DNA from: an uncultured Verrucomicrobiae bacterium
GTDB lineage: Bacteria > Verrucomicrobiota > Verrucomicrobiia > Limisphaerales > Palsa-1400
Direction of reading: 5' to 3'
Length of the DNA: 64,000 nt
NCBI GenBank assembly: GCA_963707025.1
Contig: CAVPOM010000007.1
Span: forward strand, 352,001-416,000
Shown: positions 9,476 through 20,002 of the stretch, in pieces
Layout of the letters: the number at the start of each line of letters is the position of its first letter
Numbering within the stretch: the first letter of the stretch is position 1
Position numbers and translations under genes: made by a program
The notes under the pieces: generated by a model
Told to the model about the DNA's origin: nothing
The model's database searches: none
Seen by the model: only the letters and a program-made list of their open reading frames with translations

Positions 9476-12400
9476 TCATTTGAGCGGCCAACCGCCATGC
9501 CGTTCGATGCTGGCGTCTATTTCTCCCATGAACCGCCGGGTTTCCGTGAGCGCCCAGATGATGCGTTGATATTCCGCCTGTTCGTCGTAGCCGAGCGTGC
9601 GGCCGATGCGGTCTTTCAGCCAGCGTTGGGCAGGCAGGTAGCCTCCGATGGGAAATGTCCAGGCAGTCTCCGGAACAGGCTCGAAATACTGTTCGTCATT
9701 GATCCAAACACGACCAGCCTTAATATCAGGCCAAGAACCCGTTTCAACCCGACCACAGGGTGTGGAGCTTCTCATTTTTTTTGCTCCGGAAAGAACCAAG
9801 GATGCAACAGGTTGGAACCGAATGTCGGTGACCTTGTCTGTTCCTTTGACTGGATGAAGCACCGGAGTGTTATTGCCCTGTCCGCGCGCGTGCAAATCCA
9901 CCAGCCAGCCTCCCAACCCCGACAATTCTTGAAAAAGGTTCAAATTGCTCGTAAGTGGGAGACGTGGAAAATCTGCGCGGAGGAATTCCACGTAACGTTC
10001 CCGATAGGCCGGACTGTGAAAGACCGCGTAGGCGTAGTTGAAAATACAATCCGGACCGACTTCCCTTTTGGACGGGCGACCAAAATCGTCCGGCACGAAC
10101 TTGACCTGCAACTTCTCGCAAGCATCCTTAATGAACGCGGCGCTCAAGTTCGGGCGGCGACCGTTGTCGTGCGGGAACAGGTCTTCCGCTGGCAGCTTGC
10201 CATTCGGGTAGAGATAAAGGGGAAAGGCAGAATTGATGTCATAAGCAGCAACAGATTTATGGGCAATGAGCGTCTCCGCCGAAAACGCAGCCCAATTGTC
10301 GCGTGTTTGCCTCGTGAGAATCATTGCGAGATTCCTCCCTGCAATCATGTGGGCCATTACTTCGTGTCTCGGCATACAAAGGAACCCACGAGTCGTTCCG
10401 CTGTAATAGGTCCAACGCCGATCAAACGGGCGATAAAGAATGTTCTTTATTTTAGTGGAATCAAAACCTGTATTGTTTATGTCCTCTTGCGCGAGGTGAA
10501 CTTTCCAGTCGCGAGCGTCAGGCCCAAGCTTAAATTCGGCACGGGCCTTTTCAACAGAATAGGAAGCAAAACTTTTGACACGAGGTCCCACTTCGGACTT
10601 ATTCCAACAAATGGTCAGCGCATCACGCGCCGTAACTATTCCAGCGCTGTTCACCGGCATCATTTCCGTGACTTTCCAACCGGCCTCGTATTCCTTGAGC
10701 CGTCGGGTGTGTTGCGGAATGAACAAATATTGCGGCGCAGTTGGTTCGAGCCTTTTCCAAACTGTGCTCTCCAACTGGCTGGCGTCCAGCCAATCGTACT
10801 TCGTCTGACGCTGGGCGCCCCAAAGATGACAATGACGCACAATCGCATTTGCTTTCTCCTTCTTGTTTGCCCGCGCGTCGGACGGCAGTTTTACGAAGAT
10901 TCCAATTGCCACGCCTTGCTGGATGTCGAAAACATTCTTGTCCGCTTCGCCGCTGTTAGGAACGGTTTCCTTTTTGTTTGTATTTCCGTGTAAATCGAGG
11001 ACGTAGATCTCATCGAAGGTTTGCATGAGATTCTGTCTCATGCCGCGGAAGGTCGGGTTGTCGAGATAACCGTGGTTGGTGATGAAGGCCAGCACGCCCT
11101 GTCCAGTCTGCTCAATACGCCATTGGCCCCAGCGCAGGAACTTGACGTAATCATCCTGCAACCATTTGGGATTGCGCTCGCCAAGCGGCTGGCCGTCGCA
11201 GAAGTAGTAATCGCGGACCAGCTTGGAAATCCATTCGCCCGTGTTCGCGCTGTGGCCGGCGTAAGGCGGGTTGCCCAGCACCACAAGAACGGGCTTGTGC
11301 TTCTTGACCTCGTAGGCGGAGTTGGCCTCGTTGCTTAAGGCGCGCAGCGGGCCAAGCTGTTCGGCGGTGTGTTCCAGGTCCTCCAGCGTGTTGGTGAGAA
11401 AAATGTTCACGCGCTCGTTGCCCTGCGGTTCGTAGCTCCATTGCTGGCGGAAGAGCGGCTCCTCATCCATCGCCGCCAGGGCCAGGCCGATCTTGAAATG
11501 CGCCACCGCGTATGGCGCCATCAGCAGTTCAAAGCCAAAGAGCCGCGGCAATAAATGTTCGTGAACATAACTGCCCCACTGGCCCGCGTTTTTCCTGGTC
11601 TTGAACTGTGAACGGATGAAATCGAGCACCGTGTAAAGAAATGTGGCCGTGCCGGTGGCGGGGTCAAGAATGAGCACGCGATGGGTCTCGTCTGTGATCT
11701 CGCGCTCACCCTCCTTGCGCTTCACGGTGATTTTCTGGTGGTCGGCAAGCCCGGCCTTGATGCCGAATTTGTCCTTCAGAAGGCGGTCAATGCTCTGGAC
11801 GATGTAGTTCACCACCGGCTCGGGCGTGTAATAAACACCCCGCAGTTCGCGCAGCTTGGGATCGTAGGCTTGGAGGAAAGTCTCGTAGAAGTGAACCACG
11901 GGATCGCGGCGGCGGCCATGTTTGCCAAAGTCTTCCATCACCCGCCCCATGTCCGCGTGGTCAAGCGTCTGGATCAAATCCTCAACAAACCCGGCAAACG
12001 GCTCATCATCCAGCGCCGCGCCGGTGATCTGCTCAAAGAAGGTGCGAAGAAAAGGATTGGTGCGCGGGATGAGTTTTTGAGCTTTCTCGCGAGTGAACTT
12101 GGTGCTGCCGCTGGCAGCGCGGGCGCTGAACAAACCATAGGCCAGTGTCTGCGCAAACATGTCGGCGAATTCGCTTACGGCTTCGGCTTCTTTCGTGGCG
12201 TCGGGGTGCTGTGCGAGTTCGGGCAAGAGCGTGGCGGCGAAGGCCCCGCGCCAGTCGCGGAGTTGCTGCGAAGCCTGCCCGGTGAGAAACGCGCGGATGA
12301 TGATGTCGCGCATAATGTGCGTGAGATTGGCCAGACGCCGCGCCAGTTGCTCGGCGGAGACTATGTCCGCCGGCTTTTGCGAAGTAAAACCCAGCAGAAG

Positions 12401-12922
12401 AAGGCGGGCACGTTCCATTTCGTCCGCTGCAACCGGCGCAAGTTTGCCACTCGGGGCGACGTTGGCCAGTCGGAAGGTTTCGCGCTTCTCGCCCTCCACA
12501 AACCAGCGGAACTCGAGATAATCGGTCAGCAGCAAATTGGGCATCCCGGGGAGATAGCGCTTGAGCTGATCGCCGCCCTCGTGGTCAGCGAGCTCCGCGC
12601 CGATGTTCTTGGCCTCGATGTAGCCGATGATAAGTTGGTCGCGCTTGCGGGAAACGACGTAATCCGGCGCACCGCAGGAGGATCGCTTCGGTTCGTTGGT
12701 GCAGATGACGTTTTCGTCAAGGGCTTCGATCAACTCCTTGAGCGCAGGGCGATGGGTATGTTCGGTGGCATCGCCGCGTTTGAGGGCGCGTTCGAGTTTG
12801 CGCAGATATTCCGTGATCGGATCGGGTTTGCCGCCGCCCCCGTATGCTGGGGGTTCTTCGTGAAGAAAATCGGCGCCGGTCATCATGGCATGGTGATTCG
12901 TTCCAGGCTGTTTGACGACCAA
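9476..12922 (-). CDS. Single-chain restriction-modification enzyme (type IIG / type ISP-like: PD-(D/E)xK + N6-adenine MTase + TRD); true start may be near 12886
   Basis: PDYVV..GYIEAK nuclease motif, GVYYTPEPVV, ILDPATGT, GNPPY, LDNPTFRGMR; no helicase domain. Confidence 0.88.
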   Translation of the reverse strand: MVVKQPGTNHHAMMTGADFLHEEPPAYGGGGKPDPITEYLRKLERALKRGDATEHTHRPALKELIEALDENVICTNEPKRSSCGAPDYVVSRKRDQLIIGYIEAKNIGAELADHEGGDQLKRYLPGMPNLLLTDYLEFRWFVEGEKRETFRLANVAPSGKLAPVAADEMERARLLLLGFTSQKPADIVSAEQLARRLANLTHIMRDIIIRAFLTGQASQQLRDWRGAFAATLLPELAQHPDATKEAEAVSEFADMFAQTLAYGLFSARAASGSTKFTREKAQKLIPRTNPFLRTFFEQITGAALDDEPFAGFVEDLIQTLDHADMGRVMEDFGKHGRRRDPVVHFYETFLQAYDPKLRELRGVYYTPEPVVNYIVQSIDRLLKDKFGIKAGLADHQKITVKRKEGEREITDETHRVLILDPATGTATFLYTVLDFIRSQFKTRKNAGQWGSYVHEHLLPRLFGFELLMAPYAVAHFKIGLALAAMDEEPLFRQQWSYEPQGNERVNIFLTNTLEDLEHTAEQLGPLRALSNEANSAYEVKKHKPVLVVLGNPPYAGHSANTGEWISKLVRDYYFCDGQPLGERNPKWLQDDYVKFLRWGQWRIEQTGQGVLAFITNHGYLDNPTFRGMRQNLMQTFDEIYVLDLHGNTNKKETVPNSGEADKNVFDIQQGVAIGIFVKLPSDARANKKEKANAIVRHCHLWGAQRQTKYDWLDASQLESTVWKRLEPTAPQYLFIPQHTRRLKEYEAGWKVTEMMPVNSAGIVTARDALTICWNKSEVGPRVKSFASYSVEKARAEFKLGPDARDWKVHLAQEDINNTGFDSTKIKNILYRPFDRRWTYYSGTTRGFLCMPRHEVMAHMIAGRNLAMILTRQTRDNWAAFSAETLIAHKSVAAYDINSAFPLYLYPNGKLPAEDLFPHDNGRRPNLSAAFIKDACEKLQVKFVPDDFGRPSKREVGPDCIFNYAYAVFHSPAYRERYVEFLRADFPRLPLTSNLNLFQELSGLGGWLVDLHARGQGNNTPVLHPVKGTDKVTDIRFQPVASLVLSGAKKMRSSTPCGRVETGSWPDIKAGRVWINDEQYFEPVPETAWTFPIGGYLPAQRWLKDRIGRTLGYDEQAEYQRIIWALTETRRFMGEIDASIERHGGWPLK

Positions 12923-12926
12923 ATTA

Positions 12927-14795
12927 TCACTTGAAATCCAGTTCGGGCCGAAGCTGGTTGAGAATGGGCATGTCCAGGCCCGCCACCTCGGGCTTTTCCG
13001 GGCCGGGCAAGTCCAGGATCACCACTTCATTCTGGCCGGACTTGAGCCAGGGACCGGGGACATACAGGGTTTGCGCCGGGCCAATGTTCCAGAATCGTCC
13101 CAGGCAATGTCCATTAACCCACGCCACGCCCTTGCCCCAGGGGCGCATGTCCAGAAAAGTGTCGCCCGGATGCGCCACCTCCACGCGCGCCCGCCAAAAC
13201 GCCGGCCCCGGTTTTTCCCGCGCATCGCGGTATTTCAGGCCGGCCAGCATCTTCGCGTCGAGCGGCAAGTTATAGACCTGCCAGCCGGTCAACGGCGTCG
13301 TCCCCGCTGCGCCGGCCAGCGTAAATCCGCCAATCACGCCTTTGTGATCGTGAATCTCCACTCCAAAATTCACCCGCCCCGCCGCTTCGACCAGGATGTC
13401 CAGCCGGGCCGGATTCTTGCGCTCCGGCAGCCGGACTTTATAGCTGCGGTTGCGGCGGTCCATGAACCCCACCCGTTCGCCGTCCAGATAAACAAACCCA
13501 TAGTCATGGATGGCTTCCGCCGCCAGCGTGGCCTCCGGGCCGGGCGGCAGCGTGGTCCTGTAAAGAATACAGCCGTAACCCTGGCCGTATTCCTCCATGG
13601 CCCTGGCGTGCGCGTCCGTCCTGGGCGAAGGCAGATTGGCAAAAACCGGCGCGCATTGCGTGGCGGCGGCGGGCGCGATGGCAATGACCGGGTTTTTCGG
13701 AGGCGGCTCGGGGATGGTTTCGCCGGGAAGAAGATGCCGGGCGAACAATTCACGCGTCTTGAAAAATTTGTCAGTCGTCCAGCCCGCTTCGCTGATGGGC
13801 GCGTCATAATCGTAGGTGGAAGTGTCCGGCTTGAACGGATGATCCGCGCCGGACCACAGGCCGAAGGTCGTGCCGCCATGCGCCATGTAGATGCTGAAGG
13901 AAGCGCCGGCGTTGAGCATGTAATCCAAATCCCGCAGGTAATTGCTCGTGTTGCCGGTGTGATGCGGCGCGCCCCAGGTATCGAACCAGCCCGGATAAAA
14001 TTCCCCGCACATCAGCGGCCCCTTGGGCAGAATGTCCCGCAGGGCCTTGAAGCTGCCCGCCGGATCGGCCCCGAAGTTGACCACCGGGAAAAGGTCCGCC
14101 CGGTATCCGTTCTTCAGATCCCCGGTTGGATTGCAGGCAAAGAGCGGCACGTCAAAACCGGCCTCGAGCAGGCTCTGGCGCACCGCGCCCATGTATTCGG
14201 CGTCCTTGCCGTAAGAACCGTATTCATTTTCCACCTGCACCATCAGAATCGGGCCGCCATGCGTTATTTGCAAAGGCCCCAGGACTCGTCCCACTTGCTT
14301 GAGATAGAGCCGGGCCGCGTCCAGATAGAGCGGGTCGCGCGTGCGCAATTTGACCCCGTCATTTTTCAGCAGCCACCAGGGCAGGCCGCCCATTTCCCAT
14401 TCCGCGCAGGCGTAGGGGCCGGGCCGGAGAATGACCCACAGGCCCTCCTTCTGGGCCAGCCGGCAAAACTCGGCGATGTCCGCCTGGCCGCTCCAGTTGA
14501 ATTTGCCCGGCTGTGGTTCGTGCATATTCCAGAAAAGATAGGCGCAGACCGTGTTCAAGCCCATCGCTTTGGCCAGGCGCAGCCGGTGCTGCCAGTATTC
14601 GCGCGGCACGCGGGCGGCGTGAATCTCCCCGCAGCGGATTTGCAGCCGCTGTCCGTCCAGCAGAAAATCATCCCCGCCGATGGCAAAGGTATGTGGCGCC
14701 GGCGCGGCGGGGGGCGGCGGAGGATGAAAACATCCGCCGCCCAGGCAGAGCAAAGCGGCAGTCAGCCCCATGGTAAACAGGCTTTTCAGTTTCAT
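12927..14795 (-). CDS. GH35 beta-galactosidase
   Basis: LRPGPYACAEWEMGGLP, QVENEYGSY, EFYPGWF, YMAHGGTTFG, TYDYDAP. Confidence 0.93.
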   Translation of the reverse strand: MKLKSLFTMGLTAALLCLGGGCFHPPPPPAAPAPHTFAIGGDDFLLDGQRLQIRCGEIHAARVPREYWQHRLRLAKAMGLNTVCAYLFWNMHEPQPGKFNWSGQADIAEFCRLAQKEGLWVILRPGPYACAEWEMGGLPWWLLKNDGVKLRTRDPLYLDAARLYLKQVGRVLGPLQITHGGPILMVQVENEYGSYGKDAEYMGAVRQSLLEAGFDVPLFACNPTGDLKNGYRADLFPVVNFGADPAGSFKALRDILPKGPLMCGEFYPGWFDTWGAPHHTGNTSNYLRDLDYMLNAGASFSIYMAHGGTTFGLWSGADHPFKPDTSTYDYDAPISEAGWTTDKFFKTRELFARHLLPGETIPEPPPKNPVIAIAPAAATQCAPVFANLPSPRTDAHARAMEEYGQGYGCILYRTTLPPGPEATLAAEAIHDYGFVYLDGERVGFMDRRNRSYKVRLPERKNPARLDILVEAAGRVNFGVEIHDHKGVIGGFTLAGAAGTTPLTGWQVYNLPLDAKMLAGLKYRDAREKPGPAFWRARVEVAHPGDTFLDMRPWGKGVAWVNGHCLGRFWNIGPAQTLYVPGPWLKSGQNEVVILDLPGPEKPEVAGLDMPILNQLRPELDFK

Positions 14796-14860
14796 CTCCA
14801 AAAATGATTCCGCCTGAGAAATGCAAGCCAGCCGGCCGTTTGTCAAGGACGCCAGCTAAA

Positions 14861-15043
14861 GGATGCATCTTGACGCTGCTGCCGGCGGAGTGCGGCTGTC
14901 CCCGGCCGCAGCCAGCCAGGGATTGTTTGGGCGCTCTGGGAAATCACCGCCGCGCCGTGTTTCCCACGCTGCTGCGCCCGAGGACGGGCGCGCTCCTGTG
15001 GCAATCTTGCGCCTGACGCTGGCAGCGGTGTCAAAATGCGCCC
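14861..15043. mobile_element. Second, degenerate copy of the 183-bp MITE
   Basis: Co-linear with 2352-2479 plus 4395-4449, same length, imperfect TIRs, no visible TSD. Confidence 0.8.
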
Positions 15044-15216
15044 CGACGGCCTCGGCCTTTCTGCCATTACGGCGCGACAGTCCTGCCTGCCCGGCCATTC
15101 TCATTCGCCCCCGTGGCGGCACGGTTTGCTGATCTTCAACGGTTGGCGGGCCTTTGCAGCCCTTTGCGATTACAAATCTTCTCGCTTCTCGCCGTGGTAT
15201 TTTCAATGCTGGGGGC

Positions 15217-15874
15217 GTGCCGAAGTGGGTGAAAATGTTCGTCGGGATTCTGCTGCTGCCGGTCTGCGCCGCAACGGCCAAGGCGGTCTGGCTGGTCCTG
15301 GCCCAGACCAGCGGCGGGGCGGACCGCGTTCTGGCTCCCCATGCTGGCCGGGGCGGCCTGCTGGATTGTCTTGTTCCTGCTCCTGCCCAAGCCCATGTGG
15401 GTCTATGTCTTCGGCCATGAATTGACCCACGCGGTCTGGACCTGGATTTTCGGCGGGAGCGTGAAAAAATTCAAAGCCGGGGCGGAGGGCGGCCATGTGG
15501 TGACCACGAAAAGCAATTTTCTCATCGTGCTGGCCCCGTATTTCTTCCCCTTGTACGCCGTGCTGCTGGTGGTGGTTTTTGTGGTGTGCATCCTGGTTGG
15601 GGCCTGGCATCGGGCCTACGTGCCGTGGTTTTATCTGCTGCTCGGCGCGGCCTGCGCTTTTCACCTCACCCTGACCTGGCACATTTTGCGGACCCGGCAA
15701 ACGGACATCACCAGTCAAGGCTATATTTTTTCCGCCGCCGTGATTTTCCTGGGCAACGCCTTGGTGCTGCTGATCGGGGTGCCGCTGCTGACCCGGCACA
15801 GTTTGCTGGACGCGCTGATTTCGTGGCTGAAATGCAACCAACAGGTGCTGCACCGCATCGCGCAGTGGATTTAA
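15217..15874 (+). CDS. Membrane metallopeptidase-like protein (HExxH, M50B-like), frameshift near 15335
   Basis: YVFGHELTHA, LAPYFFP; N-terminus VPKWVKMFVG is in another frame. Confidence 0.7.
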
Positions 15875-17751
15875 GGGATGGTCTTGAGACGGAGCAGGGT
15901 CGCGCCTTTGGCCCGGCCTGGAAGGGAGGCTTCGACCACATAGTTTTCCCGCAGCCAAGGCAGGATCTTTTCTCCCAACTGGCCGGGGGCGCCAAATTGG
16001 GCGATGTTATGTTCCCGCAAATCGCGCGAGATGATAATGACGTAATCCGGCGGCGTGCGGGCCAACTCTTTGACATATAAATCTTCCTGGGAGAAATCCT
16101 CCGGCAAGGGCCTGCGATGGCGGGAGAGGTAGTTGATCATCACTCCCTCCGGCAAAACTTGCAGGGTGGCCTGCGGCGGAATGGTCCGCAGGCGCTCCAC
16201 CGCCCAATTGACCAGCAACCCCGTTTCATCCACCTCGGGATCGAAGGCGTAAAAGCGGTCGCGGCCGGCTGCGACCGGCTGGGTTTGGTCCGCCCGGATG
16301 ATGGCCGATTGCGCCACGAAGGAAGAGCAGGCCGTGCCCAGCACGAGCAGGCTGCCGAGCGCCGCCAGACGCCGCCCCCACAAGCCCGGGCCGGTCCATC
16401 GCGGAATCTCCGCCACCATTACGGCCGAGGCCACCATGCCCGCCAAGGCCGCCTGGGAAAAACCAAAATGATCAATCCGCGCCCGCAAGATCATGCGGGC
16501 CAACATCGCCCCCGCCAGCAAAACCAGCGCCAGCGCCATGAGGGCGCGCTTTTCCGCGCGTCCGTTTTGCCGCCACTCGCGCCGCAGCCGCACCGCCACG
16601 ATCACCAAGGCGATGGCCATCAATCCCGGCAGGCACCGGCCCGCATAAGAGTCAAAATGAATGGAACGGATGACGGCCAGGGCATTAGCGAGGCTCGGGT
16701 GCAAAACCCAGGAGGCGATTGTCTTTCTCTGTATGAAACAGACTGCGGCCAACGGGGCCAGCGCGGCGACCCAGCGCAACGCGCGCGAGCGGAACCGGTT
16801 GACCAACCATCCGGCCGCCCAGATGGTCCCGATCACCACCACGGCGCGGCAGGCGGCCTGCAATTCCAACCCGGCATTGCGCCAGGGTTGGTCAAAGCCC
16901 GTGAAAAGCGACTGGTGAACCAAGTCGGCGCGTTTTTCGTGTTCCACCAGCACCAACCACCAGGCCTGGCAGGAATCCACCAGGGCGGCCGGCCACGCTT
17001 CGCCGCGGGCCAGCCAGGCCGCGCATCCCAGGGTGGGCAGCGCCACCCCGCCCAGGATCAGCGCATACTCCGCCGGGCGCACCGGCGGTCCTTGGCGGCG
17101 GCGCACCAGCCAGCCGGCGATGGCCAAAATTCCTGCCGCCAGCATGAACTCCGGTTTCAACACCGCCGCCACCCCGCCGCACAGGCCGAGGAAAAAGGCC
17201 AGCGGGCGCGAGGCTTGCCGGCACCATCGCACCAGCACCAAGGCCGTCACCAGCAGGAGCAGGATGCCGTGGGTGGCTTCATGGGTGTAGGGCGTGGCAT
17301 AATTATAATTGCCCACCCCGTTGAGAATGGAAAAAGAGAAAACCGAAATGAAAACCGCCAAAGCGGCGAAGGCGGCCAGCCGCCCCCACGCCGCGCGAAA
17401 GGCAAGGTAAGCCAGCACGACAATCGCCCCATAAACCACCAGGTTGGCCGTGACCAACACCATCATGCCCGGGCCAAAGCACTTGAAGAGAAGGCCGTTG
17501 CACAGCAGGGACAGCGGCCCATAGTTCCAGACAAAGTCATGATAAGGCGCCGCGCCCTGCGACACCCGCCAGATGTCATACCATTGCGCCCCGGTGTCCA
17601 CGATGGCGTCCGGCCACTTGCGCCAGGACAGATGGAGGAAGCAGGCCGCCAACAGCGCCAGGACCAACAGGCCAACCCACTCACCAACCCCCGCCCGCGG
17701 GAACAAAGCCGGCTGGTCTGCGCTGTCATTGCGTTCCGGGCCTGTTGCCAT
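15871..17751 (-). CDS. Multi-pass membrane protein, probable GT-C fold glycosyltransferase
   Basis: Many TM segments, D.G..Y...R...G..PY.D...YGP N-terminal loop, KPE motif. Confidence 0.6.
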   Translation of the reverse strand: MATGPERNDSADQPALFPRAGVGEWVGLLVLALLAACFLHLSWRKWPDAIVDTGAQWYDIWRVSQGAAPYHDFVWNYGPLSLLCNGLLFKCFGPGMMVLVTANLVVYGAIVVLAYLAFRAAWGRLAAFAALAVFISVFSFSILNGVGNYNYATPYTHEATHGILLLLVTALVLVRWCRQASRPLAFFLGLCGGVAAVLKPEFMLAAGILAIAGWLVRRRQGPPVRPAEYALILGGVALPTLGCAAWLARGEAWPAALVDSCQAWWLVLVEHEKRADLVHQSLFTGFDQPWRNAGLELQAACRAVVVIGTIWAAGWLVNRFRSRALRWVAALAPLAAVCFIQRKTIASWVLHPSLANALAVIRSIHFDSYAGRCLPGLMAIALVIVAVRLRREWRQNGRAEKRALMALALVLLAGAMLARMILRARIDHFGFSQAALAGMVASAVMVAEIPRWTGPGLWGRRLAALGSLLVLGTACSSFVAQSAIIRADQTQPVAAGRDRFYAFDPEVDETGLLVNWAVERLRTIPPQATLQVLPEGVMINYLSRHRRPLPEDFSQEDLYVKELARTPPDYVIIISRDLREHNIAQFGAPGQLGEKILPWLRENYVVEASLPGRAKGATLLRLKTIP

Positions 17752-17939
17752 AACTGATTCTGGTCCGGCCACTATACGGGGGCCACGAGGCCGGGTGTCG
17801 AGCAAATACGTGACATGGCCATTGGGTCATGCAATCCTCGGGCCGTCACGGAAAAACAGATCAAGCCACGGACGCGGATCTTTCACCATTCACTATTCAC
17901 CATTCACCATTCACCATTCACTGTTCGTAATTCCAGTCT

Positions 17940-18617
17940 TCACTGCCATCCATGCATGGAATCGTAGCGGAAGGTCATTTCGGCGGGATTGTAGGCCTTG
18001 TACCATTTGACGTGGCTGTCGGTGAAAAGAATGTTTTGGCCGCCGCTGTGGACCTGCCAGCCCTCCGCCGGGTTTCCATTGGTGGCGCCGCCCACGCAAT
18101 TCTGCGAGTAATCATCCTTGTCCGCGTCCGCCGCGCTGCCGATGGTCCAGAGCGTGTCGCCGGAGAGCACCTGGGCGGCAGGGAATTGAACCAGTTTGGT
18201 GTCCACCGATCCGAAAGTGCCATAGAAAATGTAAGCGGCCCGCGCGCCGTTGAAGTAGCTGAACTGACTTTGCAAATCCGACGGGCAACGGAAGATATTG
18301 CTGCTTTTGGTGAAAGGCAGGATTTGCTCCATCCAACTCTGCTCGTGGGTATTGGGATCGGTCTGGTCCCACAGAATGGTGCCGCCCGACTCCGGGTAAA
18401 AGCCTTTGAACTCGTCGCCATACATGACCATGCCCAGGCCAATTTGGTGGAGATTGGAAGCGCATTTGGTTCGGATGGACCACTGTTTGGCCCCCGCCAG
18501 GGCCGGGAGCAACAGGGCCGCGAGAATGGCGATGATGGCAATGACCACCAGCAATTCGATCAGCGTAAACGCCCGCCGGTCGCGCCTGGCCAAAGTTGCA
18601 TAAGTCGGCTTCTTCAT
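17940..18617 (-). CDS. Prepilin-type N-terminal cleavage / H-X9-DG (DUF1559-like) protein
   Basis: AFTLIELLVVIAIIAILAALLLPAL; HSGGQNILFTDSHV. Confidence 0.9.
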   Translation of the reverse strand: MKKPTYATLARRDRRAFTLIELLVVIAIIAILAALLLPALAGAKQWSIRTKCASNLHQIGLGMVMYGDEFKGFYPESGGTILWDQTDPNTHEQSWMEQILPFTKSSNIFRCPSDLQSQFSYFNGARAAYIFYGTFGSVDTKLVQFPAAQVLSGDTLWTIGSAADADKDDYSQNCVGGATNGNPAEGWQVHSGGQNILFTDSHVKWYKAYNPAEMTFRYDSMHGWQ

Positions 18618-18730
18618 CGTAGCCATGCTACCCGCCGGGCGCGCTCCTGTCGAGAACTGGTTCGGGGGAATTCGCCGTGGAGCGCTCGGAAAAAAATTGC
18701 CGGAGCGGGGGGATGGGACAATAATGGGCG

Positions 18731-19600
18731 GTGATGCAGGATCCGAAAGCCACCGCCGCGCTGCTGAAAAAGGAGACGCGGTTGCGCCCCGCCCTGGCCA
18801 TGGTGCTGGGGAGCGGTTTTCAACACGCCCTGGGCGAGTTTGACCCGGCCTTTGAAATGGCCTACGGCCAGTTGCCCGGCTTCTCCACCGTCGGCGTGAC
18901 CGGCCACGCCGGCAAGGTGGTCTTCGGACACTTCGACCACATCCCCGTCGTCGTGCTCAAGGGCCGGGCCCACTATTACGAAGGGCACGACCTGGAGCGG
19001 GTGACCTTCCCGGTGCGGGTGCTGGCGGAACTGGGCGTGCGAACATTATTGTTGACAAATGCGGCCGGGGCGGTCAACCGCCTGTTCCGCTCGGGCGATT
19101 TCATGGTGCTGGAGGACCACATCAATTTGATGGGGGCCAATCCCCTGCGCGGGCCCGGCCTGGCCGGGCTGCCGCGTTTTGTGGATTTGTCGCGGGTCTA
19201 TGATGCCGGGCTGGTGAAGCTGGCCAAAAAAGCGGCCAAGGCGAGCAAGCTGCGCTGGCACGCAGGCGTGTATCTGGCGGTGTCCGGCCCCAATTATGAG
19301 ACGCCGGCGGAGATTCGGGCCTTTCGGCGGCTGGGAGCCGACGCGGTGGGAATGAGCACCGTGCCGGAGGCGATCGTGGCGCGGCAATGCGGGCTGGCGG
19401 TGGCGGCCATTTCGTGCATCACCAACCTGGCGGGCAGCGACCCGGAGTCCGGCCCGGTGGCGCATCAAGACGTGCTGGCGATGGGCGAAAAAAAAGAAGG
19501 ACGCGGTCGCCAAATTCCTCAAAGTTTTCGCCCAACTTTATGCGGGCCGATAGCGGGGGCAATGGCCCTTGGACGATCGGATCACGTTTGGACGGTGTAA
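18731..19600 (+). CDS. punA: Purine-nucleoside phosphorylase (probable 3' frameshift in the A-run near 19490)
   Basis: VLGSG, GRAHYYEG, TNAAG, GPNYET.AE, GADAVGMSTVPE, ITN. Confidence 0.9.
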   Translation: MMQDPKATAALLKKETRLRPALAMVLGSGFQHALGEFDPAFEMAYGQLPGFSTVGVTGHAGKVVFGHFDHIPVVVLKGRAHYYEGHDLERVTFPVRVLAELGVRTLLLTNAAGAVNRLFRSGDFMVLEDHINLMGANPLRGPGLAGLPRFVDLSRVYDAGLVKLAKKAAKASKLRWHAGVYLAVSGPNYETPAEIRAFRRLGADAVGMSTVPEAIVARQCGLAVAAISCITNLAGSDPESGPVAHQDVLAMGEKKEGRGRQIPQSFRPTLCGPIAGAMALGRSDHVWTV

Positions 19601-19642
19601 GAATTGATTGACCCGGCACGGCGGGCGTGAGATGTTACAGTA

Positions 19643-20002
19643 ATGAGCGGATGTCTCGCGCAATCAGATTTTCAAGAGTTGGGTGAGTCGTTTCTGCACG
19701 AATTTGATGTTCGTGTCCCCGAACTTTCACCTGGTTTGTGCAACCCGTTTAATCAAGAAGCGCGGCAGTTGGAAGCGCATCTGACCACCCTGTACAAAAT
19801 AGTGGCAAAGCTGGCCCGTTCGGAGGAAGACATGGAACGTGTTGCGGCCTTATGGGGCATGATGGTTCACTTTTGCGATGAGGCGGCGCAGAGAATCTGC
19901 AAGCTTTCCAGCGAGCACCCACACTGTTCAGCCGGCCAATACTTTGACAGAATTTGTGATATGGGGAAAAAATGCCAGCGCCTCGCCATGATGCATTCGT
20001 AG
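19643..20002 (+). CDS. Hypothetical protein, lower GC, Cys-rich
   Basis: Clean 119-aa ORF with GC lower than neighbours. Confidence 0.65.
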   Translation: MSGCLAQSDFQELGESFLHEFDVRVPELSPGLCNPFNQEARQLEAHLTTLYKIVAKLARSEEDMERVAALWGMMVHFCDEAAQRICKLSSEHPHCSAGQYFDRICDMGKKCQRLAMMHS

